A DNA stretch of 63,083 bases, counting the filler, from Stramenopiles sp. TOSAG23-3 (taxonomy: Eukaryota), in assembly GCA_900128585.1 (NCBI GenBank). It is 7 parts of 7 records of this genome, joined end to end, with 100 filler letters (N's around TTAATTAATTAA, not from the genome) between each part and the next. Parts side by side here need not be neighbours in the genome. Positions count along the whole stretch, not along the records: positions 14,370 to 28,618 come from LT642578.1; positions 28,719 to 42,958 come from LT642579.1; 5 more parts are not named here. One strand, 5' to 3'. Of the stretch, positions 23,767 through 32,105 are shown piece after piece; the stretch's first letter is position 1, and the number at the start of each line of letters is the position of its first letter. The notes beneath the pieces are model-generated. The model was given only the letters and a program-made list of their open reading frames with translations. It had not been told where the DNA came from and did not search any database. A program made the position numbers and the translations under genes.

Positions 23767-24954
23767 ATGTACTCTGTCGAACACGTAAAGTGGCAGGCCA
23801 GGTTGGTATTAGTCGGGGCAGTGTCGCTGTTGTCTTTGTTCCGTTTGTCGGATGCGGTAGCGTCTGGGCCGAATACTCCCTTAGAGGGCAACGGGCTGTC
23901 TGCTGTGAAATTGGACGAAGAGAATTTCCCTTTGTTGGTGAATGGGGATAACTCTGCAATCGTTTTGTTCGCCGCACCGTGGTGCTACCACAGCCAGAAA
24001 GTGTACCCTGAGTTCGCCAAGTTGGCCTCAACTTATTCATTGAAGGATGGCGTTTTAGTCGCGCACGTGAAGGCGGACGAAGAAAAAAGTATAATGAAGA
24101 AGTACGAAGTAAACGGCTTCCCGGCCATTAAATGGTTCCAAGGCGGACAGTTGGTAGACACGGGTGTTTCGTACACTGGTGGTAGAACCGCGGAGGACAT
24201 GGTAGAGTTCGTAAACAGTCGCCTCGGCCTGGACAAGAAACTCAAATCGCCGCCGGAGCATACGGAGTCGTTGACACCGAATAGCTTCGATAGCTTTTCG
24301 TTGGACCCTAACCGGGGAGTCCTGGTATATTTTTACGCCGCATGGAGTGACTTTTCCAAAGAGATGCTGACCAACTTCGAAATTGCTGCCTATTCCTACC
24401 GGTCGGACAAGAGTGTAGTGCTTGCAAAAATGGACGTAGAAAAGTACCCCGAATTCGCATTGAAATATAGCGTTACCACTTACCCGACGATCCTGTACTT
24501 TTCGAAAGGCGAAGATGCGGCCGTTCCAATACTGTACAACGAGGGGTTCGGCGTGCAAAATTACCTGGACTACCTGAACGATTTGAACGGATTGCACAGA
24601 ATGTCTGGAGGGGACATCCTAGACCACGCTGGTCTAACCACGGAATTGAAGGATGAGGCGGCGCGCTTCATGGATCATATATTTTCCGACGACGCATCCA
24701 GCGCCGCGGAAAGCCTGAAGAAGTTTGAAGCGTTTGCGGAAGATGAATCGGAGACAGGCAGCTCCAAAGACGACGAAAATAGTGCACTGTGGGACTATTT
24801 TGCACATGTGGCCGAATCGACCGTAAAGAATGGTAAGAAATGGCCATCCTCCGAGCTTGAGCGCTTGTTGGAGCTGATCAACAGTGATGCCGTCAGCCAT
24901 GTAAAGAAATCTGAATTTATGCTGAAGCGGAACGTTTTGAAGTGCTTTCAATGA
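23767..24954 (+). CDS. Protein disulfide isomerase-like protein (two thioredoxin domains plus ERp29-type C-terminal helical domain) with degenerate active sites
   Basis: Signal-like hydrophobic N-terminus; FAAPWCYHS, FYAAWSDFS, GFPAIKWF, YTGGRT, TYPTILYF; C-terminal ELERL...KRNVL. Confidence 0.85.
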   Translation: MYSVEHVKWQARLVLVGAVSLLSLFRLSDAVASGPNTPLEGNGLSAVKLDEENFPLLVNGDNSAIVLFAAPWCYHSQKVYPEFAKLASTYSLKDGVLVAHVKADEEKSIMKKYEVNGFPAIKWFQGGQLVDTGVSYTGGRTAEDMVEFVNSRLGLDKKLKSPPEHTESLTPNSFDSFSLDPNRGVLVYFYAAWSDFSKEMLTNFEIAAYSYRSDKSVVLAKMDVEKYPEFALKYSVTTYPTILYFSKGEDAAVPILYNEGFGVQNYLDYLNDLNGLHRMSGGDILDHAGLTTELKDEAARFMDHIFSDDASSAAESLKKFEAFAEDESETGSSKDDENSALWDYFAHVAESTVKNGKKWPSSELERLLELINSDAVSHVKKSEFMLKRNVLKCFQ

Positions 24955-25120
24955 GAGAGGCATTTTGTGTAAGAATCTTCATAAAATTCTTAAGCTAAGA
25001 CGTTCTTACGTGTGCGACGAAGTACTCTTATTATCGTACACTCACCCCTACAAAATATTTAAAAAATGTTCGCAATTCTTACGAAGTACGAACGCTCGTA
25101 CTCGTAAGAAACACCGACTC

Positions 25121-27265
25121 TCAGTCATCGCTCAGCCCACGATGGCGAAGCAGGGCATCGATGGAAGGTGCTCGGCCTCTAAATGTCTTGTACACCTCTG
25201 CTGGGTGTTCGCCTCCGCCCATTTCCAAGATGGTGCTTCTAAATTTCTGACCGATGCGCTGGATTTCATCCTCATTGTCCAGGCCACCCTCTTCGAAAGA
25301 GGCGAATGCATCGGCGGCCATGACCTCTGCCCAAAGATAACTGTAGTAACCGGCTGCGTACCCTCCAGCAAAAATGTGAGAAAACGCACAAAGCGACTTA
25401 TCCTCTTCGATTTTCGCGAAGACAGAATAGTTTTGCTCTGAGATTGTCTTTGATAGACGATACGCCCCCTCGGCCCCACCAGCAATATCGTATTCGGAAG
25501 TGTGCAACGCAATATCGAGTCTGCTGTAGAAAAGTTGGCGTAGTATATTTATCCCGCCGTTGTGCTTTCTTGCACTGCAAATTTTTTCGAATGTCTCCAC
25601 TGGAATCGTTTCGCCAGTCTCGTAATGCCTGGCAAATTTATCTACGGTCTGTTTGTGGTAACACCAGTTTTCCATAAATTGCGACGGAATTTCCACGGCA
25701 TCAAACTCCACGTTCGCAATTCCAGATGCCCCTTCGTACCCCACCCGCGTTAGCATGTGCTGCAGACCGTGACCAAATTCGTGAAAAAGGGTCGTGACCT
25801 CGCGGAGAGTCATCAACGAAGGCTTGTCCCCAACAGGGGGCGACCCGTTGCAGACCAAGTACGCCACAGGCAATGTGCCGGCAAGCTTGCTCCGCTGCCG
25901 ACAAATCCCCATCCACGCGCCCCCCGATTTTTCCGCTGGTCGGGAGAAAGGGTCCAAATAAAACGAAGCCAATACTTCTTTTGTGTCGGGGGCAACTACA
26001 CTGTAAAACCTGCAATCTTTGTGCCAAAGTTGCACTTTCTCTTCACGGAACGAGTTTGTTTCCACAATTTCAACCCCAAACATTGATTTAGTAAGGGAAA
26101 ACATCCCCTGCAAGACGCTGTCCAACGAGAAATACGGCCGCAATTCTTCTTCGCTGTAAGAAAACAGTTCCTCTCTCTGCCGTTCCGACCAGTACGAGAC
26201 GTCCCATAATTTCAATGAAAAACCGTCGTCCTTTTGAACGTTTTTCGCAAAAATCTCAAGGGCTTCCAGCTCTCTCTTCGCGGAGGGGTAGGCGACCTTT
26301 CGCATCTTCTCCAAAAGGCCGACTACCGCTTGTACATTTTCAGCCATTTTACTTTCCAGGCTAAGGTCCGCGTAGTTTCGAAAACCGAGAAGCTCTGCCT
26401 GCTCTTGCTTCAACTCCAGGATTTTGGAAAACACATCTTCGTTGGTGTCCGACGCTCTCGCCACGTAAGCTTTGTACGTTTCTTCTCGCAAGCTCCTGTT
26501 TGCCGCGTGCTTGAGTACCTCCACAACAAGAGTATCTTCAAGGGAAAGTTTCCATGGCCCTGCTTCTGGATCCTCTGCTCCTGCAGCGGCGGCCGCCATC
26601 GAGAGGGCGGACGCGGGCATCCCGGCCAAGTCCTCCTTGTTCACAATTTCTTTCCCCCAAGACTTTGTAGCGTCTATAACATTGTTTCCAAACTGGGCCG
26701 ACAGTTGAGCAAGCTCGACTACGATCTCATTGTACCGTGCCTGTTCGTCACCCTCCAGAGCCACACCACCCAATTTCATGGAGCGAATGTTCGACTCCAC
26801 AATTCGCTGCTGCGGTCGATCCAAAGCGTCCCAGCATTTCGACGCAAGGTCTTCGTACAGTTGGAGCAGTGGCAAACTCTGATTTGTTTGGATTATGGTC
26901 TGCATGAAGAGGGGAATGCTTTTCTCGTGGGCTTCTCTCAAAGCATCCGAGTTTTGCACTGCTTGTAAATGGCTTACCATGCCCATGCTATCAGACAATT
27001 TCTGCGTGCAGCGTTGCAGTTCCTCCACGTAACTCCAAGAAGGCGAATAGCCGTCTGACGAAATTGAGCTTTCCAAGGAGGCCAGATCTGACGCCACGTC
27101 GTCAACCAAAGATTTCATGGCAGGCTCTACGTGTTCCACTGCGAATTCAGAGAATGGTGGCAGCGTGTTGGACCTTAAGAGGACGTTTGCGTTGCCGCTG
27201 AACCACCTGGCTCCAACCACCGCCCGCGTCACCGCTTGCTTCAAAGTTCTTCCAATCCCAATCAT
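25121..27265 (-). CDS. Oligopeptidase A (M3 family), probably mitochondrion-targeted
   Basis: TLFHEFGHGLQH, DAVEIPSQFMENW, FSHIFAGGYAAGYYSYLWAE, KSGGAWM; presequence-like MIGIGRTLKQAVTRAVVGARWFS. Confidence 0.95.
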   Translation of the reverse strand: MIGIGRTLKQAVTRAVVGARWFSGNANVLLRSNTLPPFSEFAVEHVEPAMKSLVDDVASDLASLESSISSDGYSPSWSYVEELQRCTQKLSDSMGMVSHLQAVQNSDALREAHEKSIPLFMQTIIQTNQSLPLLQLYEDLASKCWDALDRPQQRIVESNIRSMKLGGVALEGDEQARYNEIVVELAQLSAQFGNNVIDATKSWGKEIVNKEDLAGMPASALSMAAAAAGAEDPEAGPWKLSLEDTLVVEVLKHAANRSLREETYKAYVARASDTNEDVFSKILELKQEQAELLGFRNYADLSLESKMAENVQAVVGLLEKMRKVAYPSAKRELEALEIFAKNVQKDDGFSLKLWDVSYWSERQREELFSYSEEELRPYFSLDSVLQGMFSLTKSMFGVEIVETNSFREEKVQLWHKDCRFYSVVAPDTKEVLASFYLDPFSRPAEKSGGAWMGICRQRSKLAGTLPVAYLVCNGSPPVGDKPSLMTLREVTTLFHEFGHGLQHMLTRVGYEGASGIANVEFDAVEIPSQFMENWCYHKQTVDKFARHYETGETIPVETFEKICSARKHNGGINILRQLFYSRLDIALHTSEYDIAGGAEGAYRLSKTISEQNYSVFAKIEEDKSLCAFSHIFAGGYAAGYYSYLWAEVMAADAFASFEEGGLDNEDEIQRIGQKFRSTILEMGGGEHPAEVYKTFRGRAPSIDALLRHRGLSDD

Positions 27266-27915
27266 AGTCCGTTTCGTTCCCAAACCTTCCCAACGAAAAC
27301 AAGAGCATGCGCAAAAAGGTTTTTTAATATCTAAAGAACACCGACGGTTGATGATTGAATCCGGCGGTGGTATAATATAGAAGAGAAGCAACAAAAAACA
27401 AGAAAAAAGAAGAAAAGAAAAAAAAACAACAACAACAGATAATAATTATTATAAAATTAATCAATCGCAAAACGAATAATGCTGCTACCTTCTTCTTAAT
27501 TAATTCCTTCTTCTTCTTCTACCTTTTTATACTTACTAATTAGGGCTAATAACATGGAGTATACGACATAATAAGAATACATCTTAAATTGAGCCAATCA
27601 AGTAGAATAACTAAAATCCCCTGGCAGAGTGTCACATTGTATTCTTAATTTAATATATAACTATAAATAATATTTTAAAATGGTGGTTCGGCGAAGAAAT
27701 GATCTGATTGATTATTTATTAAATACATAATTCACATTATAAAGTAAAGAGTAAAGAGTAAGTCATCTATTTCCAAAGAAGAAGAAAGAAGGATGAAACT
27801 TTCATGGACTTTATTAGACGACTATAAATAATTTAGCCTATTGAGCCTGTTACCAGTACTAACGTAATGTAAACGTAAACGAATGAATATAAAACAAAGG
27901 GATATATAATAGAAC

Positions 27916-28611
27916 TTATATGCTCGTGGCTTTTTTGTTTTTGTCAGTGTAAAGTTCCAACCCGTCTCTTTCTACCAAAATCTTGACAGATTGATGCATA
28001 TTGATGACATCATAGACAGCATCATGGTGTTCCGTTTCTTCCATTTCTTCACCCGTGGCAAAACGATACAATTCTTTCAAGGTAGGATTCTTGAGTCTCC
28101 CTTTTGGGTTTCTGGCACCAACGATATGTTTCGTCGATTTCATGGTACAAACGACTTTCATCTTTTTCTCCATATGACGCAACATGTCATCACAATGGTT
28201 ACGCACCAACTCACTTTTCAAGACATTAACATCAAATGCAGCATTGTGTGCGGCAACATAACTGGCTCTCGAAAACAAAGGATACATATCTTCTTGCATA
28301 CATTGTGCAAACTCCATTCCTTGTTCCAAAGTCTGTTCTTTGGTAATACCATGTATCTGGTGACTTTCCGCAGATATGTCAAAATCATTCGCTTTGATGA
28401 AAGCAGATTGTGATTCCAAAGGTGTTAAGTCCTTTGCATCACATAACATTGCAGATATCTGAATGATTCTGCAGCTGTTGTACTTTGTCAAATCGCGATA
28501 ATGGGGTGTTTTCCACGGATTCCTTTCATCTCTTTGGGGCAACCCGGACGTTTCCAAGTCGATGAATACGATGCATTTTGGCGCATTGTCTATTGGAAGT
28601 CTTTCACTCAT
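27916..28611 (-). CDS. DEDDh 3'-5' exonuclease (DnaQ/epsilon-like)
   Basis: ExoI DLETSGL, IHGIT, ExoII AHNAAFD, ExoIII HDAVYD. Confidence 0.92.
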   Translation of the reverse strand: MSERLPIDNAPKCIVFIDLETSGLPQRDERNPWKTPHYRDLTKYNSCRIIQISAMLCDAKDLTPLESQSAFIKANDFDISAESHQIHGITKEQTLEQGMEFAQCMQEDMYPLFSRASYVAAHNAAFDVNVLKSELVRNHCDDMLRHMEKKMKVVCTMKSTKHIVGARNPKGRLKNPTLKELYRFATGEEMEETEHHDAVYDVINMHQSVKILVERDGLELYTDKNKKATSI

Positions 28612-28618
28612 TGTGTTC

Positions 28619-28718
28619 NNNNNNNNNNNNNNNNNNNNNNNNNNNNNNNNNNNNNNNNNNNNTTAATTAATTAANNNNNNNNNNNNNNNNNNNNNNNNNN
28701 NNNNNNNNNNNNNNNNNN
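28619..28718. other. Artificial contig linker
   Basis: N44-TTAATTAATTAA-N44. Confidence 0.98.
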
Positions 28719-28797
28719 ACATACGTTGGGTCGATACGAAGAGATTCGCCTTTGTTCCCGGTGAGATTTATGCGACTGTGGCCCTCCAAATATTTTG

Positions 28798-29356
28798 TGG
28801 TGTAGAAACGTACCACACGAAGAATCATGAACAGATAAAGCATCTCTTGTTGGGTCATGTTCGTGCCATTCGAGGACACCCGGATTTAAAAGACGCATAC
28901 ATAATTAACTTTTTTGAATCCAACCTCGGATTAGAAGCCTCGCATATGCAGCATATGATACGGAATGAAAGACGATGCTATACACAGTACGAGAAAGGAA
29001 AGTGTGGGGTACTGACGACCAACGAACGGAAGGAGAATTACACGCACGCCTTTTTGAATTATTTCAACACGGAAGCAGTCCATTTTTTGAAAGACTGGGT
29101 GTGCGTGAATCCATTCGAAGACGCGAACGAAAGGCATACAAAAATAAAAGATGAACTGAAAAAACAATTATTAACTTTTCAAAAAATGGTGCTTACAAAC
29201 GACAATGCTCCCTATAAGATAGCAAAGCACGTATACAGTGGTAAAGTTAAACCCGGGATGAACGACGATATCATCATGACTATACTGTTCACAACATGGT
29301 GGAGCATTGAATTCATGCAAAAGCGTATTCAAGCTCCCTATGAAACCTTTATTTAA
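28798..29356 (+). CDS. Terminase large subunit, C-terminal RNase H-like nuclease domain of herpesvirus UL15 type; 5'-truncated
   Basis: FFESNLG corresponds to UL15 AVEGN; YSGKVKPGMNDDIIM corresponds to UL15 SGK...DDL; the first acidic motif is missing because the gene is cut near 28797. Confidence 0.8.
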
Positions 29357-29613
29357 AACTCGGCTTCCATGCTAAAGGTATTGGCAACCTCCTTGTAGCC
29401 GCCTACGTACACACCATCCTTAAACACCATAGGGAAAGAGGATGGAGACTTATCGGTCAATGACCAGATAAAATCAAGAAATTCATCGACTTCTTCAAGG
29501 TATTCATCGCAGTTGACGTACTTTGCTTTTGGAAGTAGTTTTTTCACCTCCGTACAAGACGGGCAAAGTGATTTTGTGTAAATAGTGTATCCTTCGGTTG
29601 GTTTGATGTACAT
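29353..29613 (-). CDS. Glutaredoxin
   Basis: YTIYTKSLCPSC, SFPMVF, YVGGY. Confidence 0.92.
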   Translation of the reverse strand: MYIKPTEGYTIYTKSLCPSCTEVKKLLPKAKYVNCDEYLEEVDEFLDFIWSLTDKSPSSFPMVFKDGVYVGGYKEVANTFSMEAEF

Positions 29614-29750
29614 TGTTTATAGTGTTCTATTAACGTATAAGTAGTACCAATAAATGATTTTTTACAGTTTTCACATTTTACCACTTGAGGCATTTGATTA
29701 CACTTGAAGTTACTAATATACTGGTCACACTAATATACTGGTCACAACTA

Positions 29751-30090
29751 CCCACTTTTTACGATGATGTGTAGGTCATCAGAAAAGTCGCGTGCCTACC
29801 ACAAATTAAATGCCCACTTTTTACGATGATGTGTAGGTCAACAATTCCCTATCTAAAGATATTTAGTCTACATTTTAGAGAAATTCTGCACTTCCATAGA
29901 TGCCCACTTTTTACGATGATGTGTAGGTCAACATTTCCCTATCTACAATATTTAGTCTACAATTGTCATCATAAAAGTCTACCACAAATTAAATAAATCA
30001 TTTCCATATCTACAATATTTACATTTGGAGGATCAAGATGATGTGTAGGTCAACATTTCCCTATCTAAAGATATTTAGTCTACATTTTAG
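29751..30090 (+). repeat. Left repeat array: 28-bp cccactttttacgatgatgtgtaggtca x3 plus a partial copy, with repeated secondary modules
   Basis: Copies at 29751, 29813, 29903 and partial at 30037; module acatttccctatctaaagatatttagtctaca follows three of them. Confidence 0.95.
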
Positions 30091-30117
30091 TAGAAAGTTT
30101 CAGTGTGTTTCAACGCA

Positions 30118-30205
30118 CTAATAATAATTAATAATAATTAATAATAATTAATAATAATTAATAATAATTTATATAATTAATAATAATTAACAATAATAAA
30201 AATTA
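30118..30205. repeat. Almost pure AT tract of 10-bp ataataatta units
   Basis: Directly visible, immediately after the left array. Confidence 0.9.
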
Positions 30206-30332
30206 ACAAGAATTTATAATAAGTAATAATTGCATCTAAAGTTACCGTACTTGTTAAAGAACCAAGAAAGAGACAGTTGAAGTCTATTTTCAACTATATA
30301 TAAGTGCGAAAAAAAGGAAACTTTTGAAAAAA

Positions 30333-32105
30333 ATGGAAATCGAAACAAAAGTCGAACAACACGCACCTCCTCCGCGTCTACCGTGGCGCTCGCTACGTAG
30401 ATGGAAATTTGTGGCGGCGGCCATCGCGCTCGTTGGCCTACTCGTAGGATGCGTATTCCTATTTGTTGCCTACCTCTTCGGACGAAATACGAAGCTCGGT
30501 CGCCCGGTTGTTGTGTTTGTATTATGCATGTTCACGGCCGTGCTTGCTTTCATTTGTACACTTTACATGAAATTTCGTAAAGCCTTTGCCGGAGATATTG
30601 ACGAAAAACCGTACGATCGACGGTGGCCTACTAAGAAACTATTTGGCCTCGACCTCGACCCGGCTCCGCTGTACGAAATACTGTCACCAAACGGCAAGTA
30701 TTACCTAAGACGACTGTATGGCGTGGAAATATTGGAAAGCGCGTATCAAATCTATAACTTTGGTTTGTTCGCTTGTAGGTTAGGCCGCCCATACCTTACG
30801 ACATATTGCGGAGTTATGACCACCGCCGCAATTTTTCAACTCTGGCAAGTTCGATTCGTAAGAAAACCAATTGACAACACAGGGAAAAATCTGGAAGTGA
30901 TTGTGGATATATTCTTAGAGCTCTGGTGCACGGCATATCCTGTCATTATCATTTATTTCGTGCACGAAATTTATTTCACCGATTCGGAGATTGTTCAAAT
31001 CTTGTTCATCCCGTTTTTTGCCTTTGTCATGAAGCTTCGGCTGGTAATAAACAACGAAATCGTACTCGTCTTGGATAACGTGAGGACTATCGAAGCAACC
31101 GCCCATTTGCCGGAAAAGGAGAAAAAGAAACGGCGACGAACGTCCTTTGCACTCAGAGAAGAATCACTCAAGAGAATTCAAAACGAAAAATTTGGGATAC
31201 GATGGAGACAAGGCCTTTTGTTTTTTTATGGGTTGTTTGCGTTGTTTTACGTAGCACTCTTCTTCGTTCAAATCGGGAATCTCTTTATTCCGCAACCGGG
31301 CCATTTTGACTATTGTCTAGTAAACGTTCCTTCCTGCACGCACTGGTTTTATGGCGAGAACAACTGCTTGCATATAAGTCACTTGAGAACGACGGACGAA
31401 CCGTCAGATCCCATTCTGAAGAAGTTTTCGAGTAGCACCGCCGCCGTGAAGATTGGGGTCAGCAATTTAAACGAGTTGAAGCTTTTGGAGCCATTTCAAA
31501 AAAGTCGAAAGATAGTAATATATAAAAGCAACGCGTCAAGAATTGATATCGACTTGAACGATTTTAAAGAGCTTATCACTGTGAATTGGAATTCGTTCAA
31601 TGCGACGACAGCACACACGTCGTTTTATGAAAACAGCGTAAGGCGCGTAAGCTATTCGGACATGCCAAATATGGTGATAAAGGATTTTAAACTACCGAAC
31701 GGGGAAGTGTTTGAGTTGATGCGTGTTGGGACGCGTTTAAAACGTATTGAAGCCCCGGTCCTGTTCTCGTTAACGCTAGCCAATTACGGAATCGACAAAT
31801 TACCAGAGGGGTTGAATCTAAAAGGGGCTGTTGCACTGAAACTACCGGGTAATAATTTTACGTCGGTCGATATACCAACAAGACATGTACTGGATTTACG
31901 CGACAATCGTATCACAGAGTTTTCGACAAGAGCAGAGTATAGCTATGGATTCGGAAACCCGACTTGTCCGGACGATTGGAAATGCGATAAGTTTTGTCAC
32001 CCATATTGTAGTAATTTCATGCACTTGAAGGAAGAAGAAAAATCGTGTACGTTAGATTGCGTGCGTTACTGTGGTAAGGGTAAATGTAAACATTTTTTAA
32101 ATTAG
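30333..32105 (+). CDS. Multi-pass membrane protein with C-terminal leucine-rich repeats and Cys-rich cap; homolog of 57385..59216
   Basis: About 6-7 hydrophobic segments; LRR-like LTLANYGIDKLP, LKLPGNNFTSV, LDLRDNRITEF, FGNPTC; shared NGKYY block. Confidence 0.85.
   Translation: MEIETKVEQHAPPPRLPWRSLRRWKFVAAAIALVGLLVGCVFLFVAYLFGRNTKLGRPVVVFVLCMFTAVLAFICTLYMKFRKAFAGDIDEKPYDRRWPTKKLFGLDLDPAPLYEILSPNGKYYLRRLYGVEILESAYQIYNFGLFACRLGRPYLTTYCGVMTTAAIFQLWQVRFVRKPIDNTGKNLEVIVDIFLELWCTAYPVIIIYFVHEIYFTDSEIVQILFIPFFAFVMKLRLVINNEIVLVLDNVRTIEATAHLPEKEKKKRRRTSFALREESLKRIQNEKFGIRWRQGLLFFYGLFALFYVALFFVQIGNLFIPQPGHFDYCLVNVPSCTHWFYGENNCLHISHLRTTDEPSDPILKKFSSSTAAVKIGVSNLNELKLLEPFQKSRKIVIYKSNASRIDIDLNDFKELITVNWNSFNATTAHTSFYENSVRRVSYSDMPNMVIKDFKLPNGEVFELMRVGTRLKRIEAPVLFSLTLANYGIDKLPEGLNLKGAVALKLPGNNFTSVDIPTRHVLDLRDNRITEFSTRAEYSYGFGNPTCPDDWKCDKFCHPYCSNFMHLKEEEKSCTLDCVRYCGKGKCKHFLN

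Noticed and set aside
28778-28797. ORF-track start of the terminase (MALQIFC)
   Set aside because: These codons derive from the inverted copy of 32337-32415, not from the terminase gene
27916-29356. Exonuclease and terminase as neighbouring viral genes
   Set aside because: They are separated by an artificial linker and lie on different contigs
29751-29930. CRISPR-like look: 28-bp repeats with a first spacer of 34 nt
   Set aside because: Spacers are unequal (34 and 62 nt) and reuse sequence modules found elsewhere in the array, the repeat is not palindromic, and no cas genes are present
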